Position numbers and translations under genes: made by a program | The notes under the pieces: model-generated | Told to the model about the DNA's origin: nothing | What the model saw: only the letters and a program-made list of their open reading frames with translations | Databases searched by the model: none | NCBI GenBank assembly: GCA_964016885.1 | Contig: OZ024744.1 | Coordinates: 12,400,001-12,464,000 of the forward strand | Direction: 5' to 3' | From: Eledone cirrhosa | Taxonomy: Eukaryota | Length of the DNA stretch: 64,000 bases | In this document: piece by piece, positions 13,900 through 29,124 of the stretch | How the letters are laid out: every line of letters starts with the position of its first letter | Position numbering within the stretch: the stretch's first letter is position 1

Positions 13900-16800
13900 A
13901 TCACAGTAGTATAGGTGGTAGTAGTGGTGACATCACAGTAGTGTAGGTAGTAGTGGTGTCATGACAGTAGTTTAGGTGGTAGTAGAGGTGACATGACAGT
14001 GGTGTAAGTGGCAGTAATGGTGTCATGACAATAGTGTAGGTGGTGGTAGTGGTGACATGACAGTAGTGTAGGTGGTAGTAGTGATATTATGACAGTAGTG
14101 TAGGTGGTAGTAGTGGTGACATGACCGTAGTGTAGGTGGGAGTAGTGGTGACATGACAGTAGTGTAGGTGGTAGTTGGGTGACATGACAGTTGTGTAGGT
14201 GGTAGTAGTGGTGTCATGACAATAGTGTAGGTGGTAGTAGTGGTGAAATGACAGTAGTATAGGTGGTAGTAGTGGTGGCATCACAGTAGTGTAGGTAGTA
14301 GTGGTGGCAAAACAGTAGTGTAAGTGGTTGTAGTGGTGACATGACAGTAGTGTAGGTGGTAGTAGTGGTGACATGACACTAGTGTAGGTGGTAGTAGCGG
14401 TGACATGACAGTAGTGTAGGTGGTAGTAGTGGTGACATAACAGTAGTGTAGATGGTAGTAGTGGTATCATGACAGTAGTGTAGGTGAAGTAGTGGTGTGA
14501 TAACAGTAGTGTAGGTGGTAGTAGTGGTGACATGACAGTAGTTTAGGTGGTAGTAGAGGTGACATGACAGTGGTGTAGGTGGTAGTAGTGGTGACTTGAC
14601 AGTAGTATAGGTGATAGTAGTGGTATCATGACAGTAGTGTAGGTAGTAGTAGTGGTGACATCACAGTAGTGTAGGTGGTAGTAGTGGTGACATGACAGTA
14701 CTGTAGGTGGTAGTAGTAGTGTCATGACAGTAGTTTAGGTGGTAGTAGTGGTGTCATGACAGTAGTGTAGGTGGTAGTAGTGGTGACATGACAGTAGTGT
14801 AGGTGGTAGTAGTGGTGACATGACAGTAGTGTAGGTGGAAGTAGTGGTGTGATAACAGTAGTGTAGGTGGTAGTAGTGGTGTCATGACAGTAATGTAGGT
14901 GTTAGTAGCGGTGACATGACAGTGGTGTAGGTGGTAGTAGTAGTGACATGACAATAGTGTAGGTGGTAGTAGGGTGACATGACAGTTGTGTAGGTGGTAG
15001 TAGTGGTGTCAAGACAATAGTGTAGGTGGTAGTAGTGGTGAAATGACAGTAGTACAGGTGGTAGTAGTGGTGACATCAAAGTAGTGTAGGTAGTAGTGGT
15101 GGCAAAACAGTAGTGTAAGTGGATGTAATGGTGACATGACAGTAGTGTAGGTGGTAGTAGTGGTGACATGACAGTAGTGTAGTTGATAGTAGTGGTGACA
15201 TGACAGTAGTGTAGGTGGTAGTAGTGGTGACATGACAGTAGTGTAGGTGGTAATAGTGGTGACATGACAGTAGTGTAGGTGTTAGTATTGTTGATATGAC
15301 AGTAGTGTAGGTGGTAGTAGGGTGACATGACAGTAGTGTAGGTGGTAGTAGTGGTGTCGTGACAATAGTGTAGGTGGTAGTAGTGGTGTCATGACAGTAG
15401 TGGTGTCATGACAGTAGTGTAGGTGGTAGTAGTGGTGACATGACAGTAGTGTAGGTGGTAGTAGTGGTATCATGACAGTAGTGTAGGTAGTAGTAGTGGT
15501 GACATAACAGTAGTGTAGGTGGTAGTAGTGGTGTCATGACAGTGGTGTAGGTGGTAGTAGTGGTGACATGACAGTAGTGCAGGTGGTAGTAGTGGTGACA
15601 TGAGAGTAGTGTAGGTGGTAGTAGTGGTGTGATAACAGTAGTGTAGGTGGTAGTAGTGGTGACATGACAGTAGTGTAGGTGGTAGTAGTGGTGACATGAC
15701 AGTAGTGTAGGTGGTAGTAGTGGTGTCATGACAGTAGTGTAGGTGGTAGTAGTGGTGACATGACAGTGGTGTAGGTGGTAGTAGTGATTACATGACAATA
15801 GTGTAGGTGGTAGTAGTGTTGACATGACAGTAGTGTAGGTGAGAGTAGCGGTGACATGACAGTAGTGTAGGTCGTAGTAGGGTGACATGACAGTTGTGTA
15901 GGTGGTAGTAGTGGTGTCATGACAATAGTGTAGGTGGTAGTAGTGGTGAAATGACAGTAGTATAGGTGGTAGTAGTTGTGACATCACAGAAGTGTAGGTA
16001 GTAGTGGTGGCAAAACAGTAGTGTAAGTGGTTGTAGTGGTGACATGACAGTAGTGTAGGTGGTAGTAGTGGTGACATAACAGTAGTGTAGGTGGTAGTAT
16101 TGGTGACATGACAGTAGTGTAAGTGGTAGTAGTGGTATCATGACAGTAGTGTAGGTGGAAGTAGTGGTGTGATAACAGTAGTGTAGGTGGTAGTAGTGTT
16201 GTCATGACAGTAGTTTAGGTGGTAGTAGAGGTGACATGACAGTGGTGTAGGTGGTAATAGTGGTGTCATGACAATAGTGTAGGTGGTGGTAGTGGTGACA
16301 TGACAGTAGTGTAGGTGGTAGTAGTGGTATCATGACAGTAGTGTAGTTGGTAGTAGTTGTGACATGACAGTAGTGTAGGTGGTAGTAGTGGTGACATGAC
16401 AGTAGTGTAGGTGGTAGTAGGGTGACATGACAGTAGTGTAAGTGGTTGTAGTGGTGACATGACAGTAGTGTAGGTGGTAGTAGTGGTGTCATGACAATAT
16501 TGTAGGTGGTGGTAGTGGTGACATGACAGTAGTGTAGGTGGTAGTAGTGGTGACATGACAGTAGGGTAGGTGGTAGTAGTGGTGACATGACAGTGGTGTA
16601 GGTGGTAGTAGTGGTGACATGACAATAGTGTAGGTGGTAGTAGTGGTGACATGACAGTAGTGTAGGTGGGAGTAGTGGTGACATGACAGTAGTGTAGGTG
16701 GTAGTAGGGTGACATAACAGTTGTGTAGGTGGTAGTAGTTGTGTCATGACAATAGTGTAGGTGGTAGCAGTGGTGAAATGACAGTAGTATAGGTGGTAGT

Positions 16801-19800
16801 AGTGGTGACATCACAGTAGTGTAGGTAGTAGTGGTGGCAAAACAGTAGTGTAAGTGGTTGTAGTGGTGACATGACAGTAGTGTAGGTGGTAGTAGTGGTG
16901 ACATAACAATAGTGTAGGTGGTAGTAGTGGTGACATGACAGTAGTGTAGGTGGTAGTAGGGTGACATGACAGTAGTGTAAGTGGTTGTAGTGGTGACATG
17001 ACAGTAGTGTAGGTGGTAGTAGTGGTGACATAACAGTAGTGTAGGTGGTAGTAGTGGTGACATGACAATAGTGTAGGTGGGAGTAGTGGTGACATGACAG
17101 TAGTGTAGGTGGTAGTAGGGTGACATAACAGTTGTGTAGGTGGTAGTAGTTGTGTCATGACAATAGTGTAGGTGGTAGTAGTGGTGAAATGACAGTAGTA
17201 TAGGTGGTAGTAGTGGTGACATCACAGTAGTATAGGTGGTAGTAGTGGTGACATCACAGTAGTGTAGGTAGTAGTGGTGTCATGACAGTAGTTTAGGTGG
17301 TAGTAGAGGTGACATGACAGTGGTGTAAGTGGCAGTAGTGGTGTCATGACAATAGTGTAGGTGGTGGTAGTGGTGACATGACAGTAGTGTAGGTGGTAGT
17401 AGTGATATTATGACAGTAGTGTAGGTGGTAGTAGTGGTGACATGACCGTAGTGTAGGTGGGAGTAGTGGTGACATGACAGTAGTGTAGGTGGTAGTTGGG
17501 TGACATGACAGTTGTGTAGGTGGTAGTAGTGGTGTCATGACAATAGTGTAGGTGGTAGTAGTGGTGACATGACACTAGTGTAGGTGGTAGTAGCGGTGAC
17601 ATGACAGTAGTGTAGGTGGTAGTAGTGGTGACATAACAGTAGTGTAGATGGTAGTAGTGGTATCATGACAGTAGTGTAGGTGGAAGTAGTGGTGTGATAA
17701 CAGTAGTGTAGGTGGTAGTAGTGGTGACATGACAGTAGTTTAGGTGGTAGTAGAGGTGACATGACAGTGGTGTAGGTGGTAGTAGTGGTGACTTGACAGT
17801 AGTATAGGTGATAGTAGTGGTATCATGACAGTAGTGTAGGTAGTAGTAGTGGTGACATCACAGTAGTGTAGGTGGTAGTAGTGGTGACATGACAGTACTG
17901 TAGGTGGTAGTAGTAGTGTCATGACAGTAGTTTAGGTGGTAGTAGTGGTGTCATGACAGTAGTGTAGGTGGTAGTAGTGGTGACATGACAGTAGTGTAGG
18001 TGGTAGTAGTGGTGACATGACAGTAGTGTAGGTGGAAGTAGTGGTGTGATAACAGTAGTGTAGGTGGTAGTAGTGGTGTCATGACAGTAATGTAGGTGTT
18101 AGTAGCGGTGACATGACAGTTGTGTAGGTGGTAGTAGTAGTGACATGACAATAGTGTAGGTGGTAGTAGGGTGACATGACAGTTGTGTAGGTGGTAGTAG
18201 TGGTGTCAAGACAATAGTGTAGGTGGTAGTAGTGGTGAAATGACAGTAGTACAGCTGGTAGTAATGGTGACATCAAAGTAGTGTAGGTAGTAGTGGTGGC
18301 AAAACAGTAGTGTAAGTGGATGTAATGGTGACATGACAGTAGTGTAGGTGGTAGTAGTGGTGACATGACAGTAGTGTAGTTGATAGTAGTGGTGACATGA
18401 CAGTAGTGTAGGTGGTAGTAGTGGTGACATGACAGTAGTGTAGGTTGTAATAGTGGTGACATGACAGTAGTGTAGGTGTTAGTATTGTTGATATGACAGT
18501 AGTGTAGGTGGTAGTAGGGTGACATGACAGTAGTGTAGGTGGTAGTAGTGGTGTCGTGACAATAGTGTAGGTGGTAGTAGTGGTGTCATGACAGTAGTGG
18601 TGTCATGACAGTAGTGTAGGTGGTAGTAGTGGTGACATGACAGTAGTGTAGGTGGTAGTAGTGGTATCATGACAGTAGTGTAGGTAGTAGTAGTGGTGAC
18701 ATAACAGTAGTGTAGGTGGTAGTAGTGGTGACATGACAGTGGTGTAGGTGGTAGTAGTGGTGACATGAGAGTAGTGTAGGTGGTAGTAGTGGTGTGATAA
18801 CAGTAGTGTAGGTGGTAGTAGTGGTGACATGACAGTAGTGTAGGTGGTAGTAGTGGTGACATGACAGTAGTGTAGGTGGTAGTAGTGGTGTCATGACAGT
18901 AGTGTAGGTGGTAGTAGTGGTGACATGACAGTGGTGTAGGTGGTAGTAGTGATTACATGACAATAGTGTAGGTGGTAGTAGTGTTGACATGACAGTAGTG
19001 TAGGTGAGAGTAGCGGTGACATGACAGTAGTGTAGGTCGTAGTAGGGTGACATGACAGTTGTGTAGGTGGTAGTAGTGGTGTCATGACCATAGTGTAGGT
19101 GGTAGTAGTGGTGAAATGACAGTAGTATAGGTGGTAGTAGTTGTGACATCACAGAAGTGTAGGTAGTAGTGGTGGCAAAACAGTAGTGTAAGTGGTTGTA
19201 GTGGTGACATGACAGTAGTGTAGGTGGTAGTAGTGGTGACATAACAGTAGTGTAGGTGGTAGTATTGGTGACATGACAGTACTGTAAGTGGTAGTAGTGG
19301 TATCATGACAGTAGTGTAGGTGGAAGTAGTGGTGTGATAACAGTAGTGTAGGTGGTAGTAGTGTTGTCATGACAGTAGTTTAGGTGGTAGTAGAGGTGAC
19401 ATGACAGTGGTGTAGGTGGTAATAGTGGTGTCCTGACAATAGTGTAGGTGGTGGTAGTGGTGACAAGACAGTAGTGTAGGTGGTAGTAGTGGTATCATGA
19501 CAGTAGTGTAGGTGGTAGTAGTTGTGACATGACAGTAGTGTAGGTGGTAGTAGTGGTGACATGACAGTAGTGTAGGTGGTAGTAGGGTGACATGACAGTA
19601 GTGTAAGTGGTTGTAGTGGTGACATGACAGTAGTGTAGGTGGTAGTAGTGGTGTCATGACAATATTGTAGGTGGTGGTAGTGGTGACATGATAGTAGTGT
19701 AGGTGGTATTAGTGGTGACATGACAGTAGGGTAGGTGGTAGTAGCGGTGACATGACAGTGGTGTAGGTGGTAGTAGTGGTGACATGACAATAGTGTAGGT

Positions 19801-21850
19801 GGTAGTAGTAGTGACATGACAGTAGTGTAGGTGGGAGTAGTGGTGACATGACAGTAGTGTAGGTGGTAGTAGGGTGACATAACAGTTGTGTAGGTGGTAG
19901 TAGTTGTGTCATGACAATAGTGTAGGTGGTAGCAGTGGTGAAATGACAGTAGTATAGGTGGTAGTAGTGGTGACATCACAGTAGTGTAGGTAGTAGTGGT
20001 GGCAAAACAGTAGTGTAAGTGGTTGTAGTGGTGACATGACAGTAGTGTAGGTGGTAGTAGTGGTGACATAACAATAGTATGGGTGGTAGTAGTGGTGACA
20101 TGACAGTAGTGTAGGTGGTAGTAGGGTGACATGACAGTAGTGTAAGTGGTTGTAGTGGTGACATGACAGTAGTGTAGGTGGTAGTAGTGGTGACATAACT
20201 GTAGTGTAGGTGGTAGTTATTGTGACATGACAGTAGTGTAGGTGGTAGTAGTGGTATCATGACAGTAGTGTAGGTGGTAGTAGTGGTGTCAGGACAATAG
20301 TGTAGGTGGTAGTAGTGGTGACATGACAGTAGTGCAGGTGGTAGTAGTGGTGACATGAGAGTAGTGTAGGTGGTAGTAGTGGTGTGATAACAGTAGTGTA
20401 CGTGGTAGTAGTGGTGACATGACAGTAGTGTAGGTGGTAGTAGTGGTGACATGACAGTAGTGTAGGTGGTAGTAGTGGTGTCATGACAGTAGTGTAGGTG
20501 GTAGTAGTGGTGACATGACAGTGGTGTAGGTGGTAGTAGTGATTACATGACAATAGTGTAGGTGGTAGTAGTGTTGACATGACAGTAGCGTAGGTGAGAG
20601 TAGCGGTGACATGACAGTAGTGTAGGTGGTAGTAGGGTGACATGACAGTTGTGTAGGTGGTAGTAGTGGTGTCATGACAATAGTGTAGGTGGTAGTAGTG
20701 GTGAAATGACAGTAGTATAGGTGGTAGTAGTTGTGACATCACAGAAGTGTAGGTTGTAGTGGTGGCAAAACAGTAGTGTAAGTGGTTGTAGTGGTGACAT
20801 GACAGTAGTGTAGGTGGTAGTAGTGGTGACATAACAGTAGTGTAGGTGGTAGTATTGGTGACATGACAGTTGTGTAAGTGGTAGTAGTGGTATCATGACA
20901 GTAGTGTAGGTGGAAGTAGTGGTGTGATAACAGTAGTGTAGGTGGTAGTAGTGTTGTCATGACAGTAGTTTAGGTGGTAGTAGAGGTGACATGACAGTGG
21001 TGTAGGTGGTAATAGTGGTGTCATGACAATAGTGTAGGTGGTGGTAGTGGTGACATGACAGTAGTGTAGGTGGTAGTAGTGGTATCGTGACAGTAGTGTA
21101 GGTGGTAGTAGTGGTGACATGACAGTAGTGTAGGTGGTAGTAGTGGTGACATGACAGTAGTGTAGGTGGTAGTAGGGTGACATGACAGTAGTGTAAGTGG
21201 TTGTAGTGGTGACGTGACAGTAATGTAGGTGGTAGTAGTGGTGTCATGACAATATTGTAGGTGGTGGTAGTGTTGACATGACAGTAGTGTAGGTGGTAGT
21301 AGTGGTGACATGACAGTAGGGTAGGTGGTAGTAGTGGTGACATGACAGTGGTGTAGGTGGTAGTAGTGGTGACATGACAATAGTGTAGGTGGTAGTAGTG
21401 GTGACATGACAGTAGTGTAGGTGGGAGTAGTGGTGACATGACAGTAGTGTAGGTGGTAGTAGGGTGACATAACAGTTGTGTAGGTGGTAGTAGTTGTGTC
21501 ATGACAATAGTGTAGGTGGTAGCAGTGGTGAAATGACAGTAGTATAGGTGGTAGTAGTGGTGACATCACAGTAGTGTAGGTAGTAGTGGTGGCAAAACAG
21601 TAGTGTAAGTGGTTGTAGTGGTGACATGACAGTAATGTAGGTGGTAGTAGTGGTGACATAACAATAGTGTAGGTGGTAGTAGTGGTGACATGACAGTAGT
21701 GTAGGTGGTAGTAGGGTGACATGACAGTAGTGTAAGTGGTTGTAGTGGTGACATGACAGTAGTGTAGGTGGTAGTAGTGGTGACATAACAGTAGTGTAGG
21801 TGGTAGTTATTGTGACATGACAGTAGTGTAGGTGGTAGTAGTGGTATCAT
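13900..21850 (+). repeat. ~3.2-kb higher-order duplication (offsets 3321/3197/3165) followed by a further 1590-bp-offset partial copy
   Basis: Near-identical ORF-track peptides pair at 14023/17344, 14882/18079, 15917/19082, 19082/20672 and 19909/21499. A rare 17-bp truncated monomer is shared at 15388 and 18585. Confidence 0.85.
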
Positions 21851-21879
21851 GACAGTAGTGTAGGTGGAAGTAGTAAAGT

Positions 21880-24800
21880 GATAACAGTAGTGTCGGTGGT
21901 AGTGGTGGTGTCATGAGAGTAGTTTAGGGGTTAGTAGAGGTGACATGACAGTGGTGTAGGTGGTATTAGTTGTATCATGACAGTAGTGTAGGTGGTAGTA
22001 GTGGTGACATGACAGTAGTATAGGTGATAGTAGTGGTATCATGACAGTAGTGTAGGTGGTAGTAGGGTGACATGTCAGTAGTGTAGGTGGTAGTAGTGGT
22101 GGCATGACAGTAGTGTAAGTGGTTGTAGTGGTGACATGACAGTAGTGTAGGTAGTAGTAGTGGTGACATAACAGTAGTGTAGGTGGTAGTAGTGGTGTCA
22201 TGACAGTAGTTTAGGTGGTAGTAGAGGTGACATGACAGTGGTGTAGGTGGTAGTAGTGGTGTCATGACAATAGTGTAGGTGGTGGTAGTGGTGACATGAC
22301 AGTAGTGTAGGTGGTAGTAGTGGTAGTATGACAGTAGTGTAGGTGGTAGTAGTGGTGACATGACCGTAGTGTAGGTGGGAGTAGTGGTGACATGATATTA
22401 GTGTAGGTGGTAGTTGGGTGACATGACAGATATGTAGGTGGTAGTAGTGGTGACATGACAGTAGTGTAGGTGGTAGTAGGGTGACATGACAGTAGTGTAG
22501 GTAGTAGTGGTGGCAAAACAGTAGTGTAAGTGGTTGTAGTGGTGACATGACAGTAGTGTAGGTGGTAGTAGTGGTGACATAACAATAGTGTAGGTGGTAG
22601 TAGTGGTGACATGACAGTAGTGTAGGTGGTAGTAGTGGTGTCATGACAATAGTGTAGGTGGTAGTAGTGGTGAAATGACAGTAGTATAGGTGGTAGTAGT
22701 GGTGACATCACAGTAGTGTAGGTAGTAGTGGTGGCAAAACAGTAGTGTAAGTGGTTGTAGTGGTGACATGACAGTAGTGTAGGTGGTAGTAGTGGTGACA
22801 TAACAATAGTGTAGGTGGTAGTAGTGGTGACATGACAGTAGTGTAGGTGGTAGTAGGGTGACATGACAGTAGTGTAAGTGGTTGTAGTGGTGACATTACA
22901 GTAGTGTAGGTGGTAGTAGTGGTGACATAACAGTAGTGTAGGTGGTAGTTATTGTGACATGACAGTAGTGTAGGTGGTAGTAGTGGTATCATGACAGTAG
23001 TGTAGGTGGAAGTAGTGGTGTGATAACAGTAGTGTCGGTGGTAGTGGTGGTGTCATGAGAGTAGTTTAGGGGTTAGTAGAGGTGACATGACAGTGGTGTA
23101 GGTGGTATTAGTTGTATCATGACAGTAGTGTAGGTGGTAGTAGTGGTGACATGACAGTAGTATAGGTGATAGTAGTGGTATCATGACAGTAGTGTAGGTG
23201 GTAGTAGGGTGACATGTCAGTAGTGTAGGTGGTAGTAGTGGTGGCATGACAGTAATGTAAGTGGTTGTAGTGGTGACATGACAGTAGTGTAGGTGGTAGT
23301 AGTGGTGACATAACAGTAGTGTAGGTGGTAGTAGTGGTGACATGACAGTAGTGTAGGTGGTAGTAGTGGTAGTATGACAGTAGTGTAGGTGGTAGTAGTG
23401 GTAGTATGACAGTAGTGTAGGTGGTAGTAGTGGTGACATGACCGTAGTGTAGGAGGGAGTAGTGGTGACATGACAGTAGTGTAGGTGGTAGTTGGGTGAC
23501 ATGACAGATGTGTAGGTGGTAGTAGTTGTGTCATGACAATAGTGTAGGTGGTAGTAGTGGTGAAATGACAGTAGTATAGGTGGTAGTAGTGGTGACATCA
23601 CAGTAGTGTAGGTAGTAGTGGTGGCAAAACAGTAGTGTAAGTGGTTGTAGTGGTGACATGACAGTAGTGTAGGTGGTAGTAGATGTGACATGACAGTAGT
23701 GTAGGTGGTAGTAGTGGTGACATGACAGTAGTGTAGGTGGTAGTAGTGGTGACATAACAGTAGTGTAGGTGGTAGTAGTGGTATCATGACAGTAGTGTAG
23801 GTGGAAGAAGTGGTGTGATAACAGTAGTGTAGGTGGTAGTAGTGGTGTCATGACAGTAGTTTAGGTGGTAGTAGTGGTGACATGACAGTAGGGTAGGTGG
23901 TTGTAAGGTGACATGACAGTAGTGTAGGTGGTAGTAGTGGTGTCAGGACAATAGTGTAGGTGGTAGTAGTGGTGACATGACAGTAGTGTAGGTGGTAGTA
24001 GTGGTGACATAACAGTAGTGTAGGTGGTAGTAGTGGTATCATGACAGTAGTGTAGGTGGTAGTAGTGGTGACATGACAATAGTGTAGGTGGTAGTAGTGG
24101 TGACCTGACAGTAGTGTAGGTGGGAGTAGTGGTGACATGACAGTAGTGTAGGTGGTAGTAGGGTGACATAACAGTTGTGTAGGTGGTAGTAGTTGTGTCA
24201 TGACAATAGTGTAGGTGGTAGTAGTGGTGAAATGACAGTAGTATAGGTGGTAGTAGTGGTGACATCACAGTAGTGTAGGTAGTAGTGGTGGCAAAACAGT
24301 AGTGTAAGTGGTTGTAGTGGTGACATGACAGTAGTGTAGGTGGTAGTAGTGGTGACATAACAATAGTGTAGGTGGTAGTAGTGGTGACATGACAGTAGTG
24401 TAGGTGGTAGTAGGGTGACATGACAGTAGTGTAAGTGGTTGTAGTGGTGACATGACACTAGTGTAGCTGGTAGTAGTGGTGACATAACAGTAGTGTAGGT
24501 GGTAGTTGTTGTGACATGACAGTAGTGTAGGTGGTAGTAGTGGTGACATAACAGTAGTGTAGGTGGTAGTTATTGTGACATGACAGTAGTGTAGGTGGTA
24601 GTAGTGGTATCATGACAGTAGTGTAGGTGGAAGTAGTGGTGTGATAACAGTAGTGTCGGTGGTAGTGGTGGTGTCATGAGAGTAGTTTAGGGGTTAGTAG
24701 AGGTGACATGACAGTGGTGTAGGTGGTATTAGTTGTATCATGACAGTAGTGTAGGTGGTAGTAGTGGTGACATGACAGTAGTATAGGTGATAGTAGTGGT

Positions 24801-27800
24801 ATCATGACAGTAGTGTAGGTGGTAGTAGGGTGACATGTCAGTAGTGTAGGTGGTAGTAGTGGTGGCATGACAGTAGTGTAAGTGGTTGTAGTGGTGACAT
24901 GACAGTAGTGTAGGTAGTAGTAGTGGTGACATAACAGTAGTGTAGGTGGTAGTAGTGGTGTCATGACAGTAGTTTAGGTCGTAGTAGAGGTGACATGACA
25001 GTGGTGTAGGTGGTAGTAGTGGTGTCATGACAATAGTGTAGGTGGTGGTAGTGGTGACATGACAGTAGTGTAGGTGGTAGTAGTGGTAGTATGACAGTAG
25101 TGTAGGTGGTAGTAGTGGTGACATGACCGTAGTGTAGGTGGGAGTAGTGGTGACATGACATTAGTGTAGGTGGTAGTTGGGTGACATGACAGATATGTAG
25201 GTGGTAGTAGTGGTGTCATGACAATAGTGTAGGTGGTAGTAGTGGTGAAATGACAGTAGTATAGGTGGTAGTAGTGGTGACATCACAGTAGTGTAGGTAG
25301 TAGTGGTGGCAAAACAATAGTGTAAGTGGTTGTAGTGGTGACATGACAGTAGTGTAGGTGGTAGTAGTGGTGACATGACAGTAGTGTAGGTGGTAGTAGT
25401 GGTGACATGACAGTAGTGTAGGTGGTAGTAGTGGTGACATAACAGTAGTGTAGGTGGTAGTAGTGGTATCATGACAGTAGTGTAGGTGGAAGAAGTGGTG
25501 TGATAACAGTAGTGTAGGTGGTAGTAGTGGTGTCATGACAGTAGTTTAGGTGGTAGTAGAGGTGACATGACAGTAGTGTAGGTGGTAGTAGTGGTGTCAT
25601 GACAATAGTGTAGGTGGTGGTAGTGGTGACATGACAGTAGTGTAGGTGGTAGTAGTGGTGTCATGACAGTAGTTTACGTGGTAGTAGAGGTGACATGACA
25701 GTAGTGTAGGTGGTAGTAGTGGTCTCATGACAATAGTGTAGGTGGTGGTAGTGGTGACATGACAGTAGTGTAGGTGGTAGTAGTGGTGACATGACAGTAG
25801 GGTAGGTGGTTGTAAGGTGACATGACAGTAGTGTAGGTGGTAGTAGTGGTGTCAGGACAATAGTGTAGGTGGTAGTAGTGGTGACATGACAGTAGTGTAG
25901 GTGGTAGTAGTGGTGACATGACAATAGTGTAGGTGGTAGTAGTGGTGAACTGACAGTAGTGTAGGTGGGAGTAGTGGTGACATGACAGTAGTGTAGGTGG
26001 TAGTAGGGTGACATAACAGTTGTGTAGGTGGTAGTAGTTGTGTCATGACAATAGTGTAGGTGGTAGTAGTGGTGAAATGACAGTAGTATAGGTGGTAGTA
26101 GTGGTGACATCACAGTAGTGTAGGTAGTAGTGGTGGCAAAACAGTAGTGTAAGTGGTTGTAGTGGTGACATGACAGTAGTGTAGGTGGTAGTAGTGGTGA
26201 CATAACAATAGTGTAGGTGGTAGTAGTGGTGACATGACAGTAGTGTAGGTGGTAGTAGGGTGACATGACAGTAGTGTAAGTGGTTGTAGTGGTGACATGA
26301 CAGTAGTGTAGCTGGTAGTAGTGGTGACATAACAGTAGTGTAGGTGGTAGTTGTTGTGACATGACAGTAGTGTAGGCGGTAGTAGTGGTGACATAACAGT
26401 AGTGTAGGTGGTAGTTATTGTGACATGACAGTAGTGTAGGTGGTAGTAGTGGTATCATGACAGTAGTGTAGGTGGAAGTAGTGGTGTGATAACAGTAGTG
26501 TCGGTGGTAGTGGTGGTGTCATGAGAGTAGTTTAGGGGTTAGTAGAGGTGACATGACAGTGGTGTAGGTGGTATTAGTTGTATCATGACAGTAGTGTAGG
26601 TGGTAGTAGTGGTGACATGACAGTAGTATAGGTGATAGTAGTGGTATCATGACAGTAGTGTTGGTGGTAGTAGGGTGACATGTCAGTAGTGTAGGTGGTA
26701 GTAGTGGTGGCATGACAGTAGTGTAAGTGGTTGTAGTGGTGACATGACAGTAGTGTAGGTAGTAGTAGTGGTGACATAACAGTAGTGTAGGTGGTAGTAG
26801 TGGTGTCATGACAGTAGTTTAGGTGGTAGTAGAGGTGACATGACAGTGGTGTAGGTGGTAGTAGTGGTGTCATGACAATAGTGTAGGTGGTGGTAGTGGT
26901 GACATGACAGTAGTGTAGGTGGTAGTAGTGGTAGTATGACAGTAGTGTAGGTGGTAGTAGTGGTGACATGACCGTAGTGTAGGTGGGAGTAGTGGTGACA
27001 TGACATTAGTGTAGGTGGTAGTTGGGTGACATGACAGATATGTAAGGTGTAGTAGTGGTGTCATGACAATAGTGTAGGTGGTAGTAGTGGTGAAATGACA
27101 GTAGTATAGGTGGTTGTAGTGGTGACATCACAGTAGTGTAGGTAGTAGTGGTGGCAAAACAATAGTGTAAGTGGTTGTAGTGGTGACATGACAGTAGTGT
27201 AGGTGGTAGTAGATGTGACATGACAGTAGTGTAGGTGGTAGTAGTGGTGACATGACAGTAGTGTAGGTGGTAGTAGTGGTGACATAACAGTAGTGTAGGT
27301 GGTAGTAGTGGTATCATGACAGTAGTGTAGGTGGAAGAAGTGGTGTGATAACAGTAGTGTAGGTGGTAGTAGTGGTGTCATGACAGTAGTTTAGGTGGTA
27401 GTAGAGGTGACATGACAGTAGTGTAGGTGGTAGTAGTGGTGTCATGACAATAGTGTAGGTGGTGGTAGTGGTGACATGACAGTAGTGTAGGTGGTAGTAG
27501 TGGTGACATGACAGTAGGGTAGGTGGTTGTAAGGTGACATGACAGTAGCGTAGGTGGTAGTAGTGGTGTCAGGACAATAGTGTAGGTGGTAGTAGTGGTG
27601 ACATGACAGTAGTGTAGGTGGTAGTAGTGGTGACATGACAATAGTGTAGGTGGTAGTAGTGGTGACCTGACAGTAGTGTAGGTGGTAGTAGTGGTGACAT
27701 GACAGTAGTGTAGGTGGTAGTAGGGTGACATAACAGTTGTGTAGGTGGTAGTAGTTGTGTCATGACAATAGTGTAGGTGGTAGTAGTGGTGAAATGACAG

Positions 27801-29120
27801 TAGTATAGGTGGTAGTAGTGGTGACATCACAGTAGTGTAGGTAGTAGTGGTGGCAAAACAGTAGTGTAAGTGGTTGTAGTGGTGACATGACAGTAGTGTA
27901 GGTGGTAGTATTGGTGACATAACAATAGTGTAGGTGGTAGTAGTGGTGAAATGACAGTAGTGTAGGTGGTAGTAGGGTGACATGACAGTAGTGTAAGTGG
28001 TTGTAGTGGTGACATGACAGTAGTGTAGGTGGTAGTAGTGGTGACATAACAGTAGTGTAGGTGGTAGTTGTTGTGACATGACAGTAGTGTAGGTGGTAGT
28101 AGTGGTGACATAACAGTAGTGTAGGTGGTAGTTATTGTGACATGACAGTAGTGTAGGTGGTAGTAGTGGTATCATGACAGTAGTGTAGGTGGAAGTAGTG
28201 GTGTGATAACAGTAGTGTCGGTGGTAGTGGTGGTGTCATGAGAGTAGTTTAGGGGTTAGTAGAGGTGACATGACAGTGGTGTAGGTGGTATTAGTTGTAT
28301 CATGACAGTAGTGTAGGTGGTAGTAGTGGTGACATGACAGTAGTATAGGTGATAGTAGTGGTATCATGACAGTAGTGTAGGTGGTAGTAGGGTGACATGT
28401 CAGTAGTGTAGGTGGTAGTAGTGGTGGCATGACAGTAGTGTAAGTGGTTGTAGTGGTGACATGACAGTAGTGTAGGTAGTAGTAGTGGTGACATAACAGT
28501 AGTGTAGGTGGTAGTAGTGGTGTCATGACAGTAGTTTAGGTGGTAGTAGAGGTGACATGACAGTGGTGTAGGTGGTAGTAGTGGTGTCATGACAATAGTG
28601 TAGGTGGTGGTAGTGGTGACATGACAGTAGTGTAGGTGGTAGTAGTGGTAGTATGACAGTAGTGTAGGTGGTAGTAGTGGTGACATGACCGTAGTGTAGG
28701 TGGGAGTAGTGGTGACATGACAGTAGTGTAGGTGGTAGTTGGGTGACATGACAGATATGTAGGTGGTAGTAGTGGTGTCATGACAATAGTGTAGGTGGTA
28801 GTAGTGGTTAAATGACAGTAGTATAGGTGGTAGTAGTGGTGACATCACAGTAGTGTAGGTAGTAGTGGTGGCAAAACAATAGTGTAAGTGGGTGTAGTGG
28901 TGACATGACAGTAGTGTAGGTGGTAGTAGTGGTGACATGACAGTAGTGTAGGTGGTAGTAGTGGTGACATGACAGTAGTGTAGGTGGTAGTAGTGGTGAC
29001 ATAACAGTAGTGTAGGTGGTAGTAGTGGTATCATGACAGTAGTGTAGGTGGAAGAAGTGGTGTGATAACAGTAGTGTAGGTGGTAGTAGTGGTGTCATGA
29101 CAGTAGTTTAGGTGGTAGTA
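21880..29120 (+). repeat. Variable-length HOR units (1142-1845 bp) marked by the TTTAGGGGTTAG monomer
   Basis: The marker lies at 21923, 23065, 24686, 26531 and 28248 (spacings 1142, 1621, 1845, 1717), each followed by the same ordered variants. 1845 minus 1717 is exactly 4 monomers. Confidence 0.85.
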
Positions 29121-29124
29121 GAGG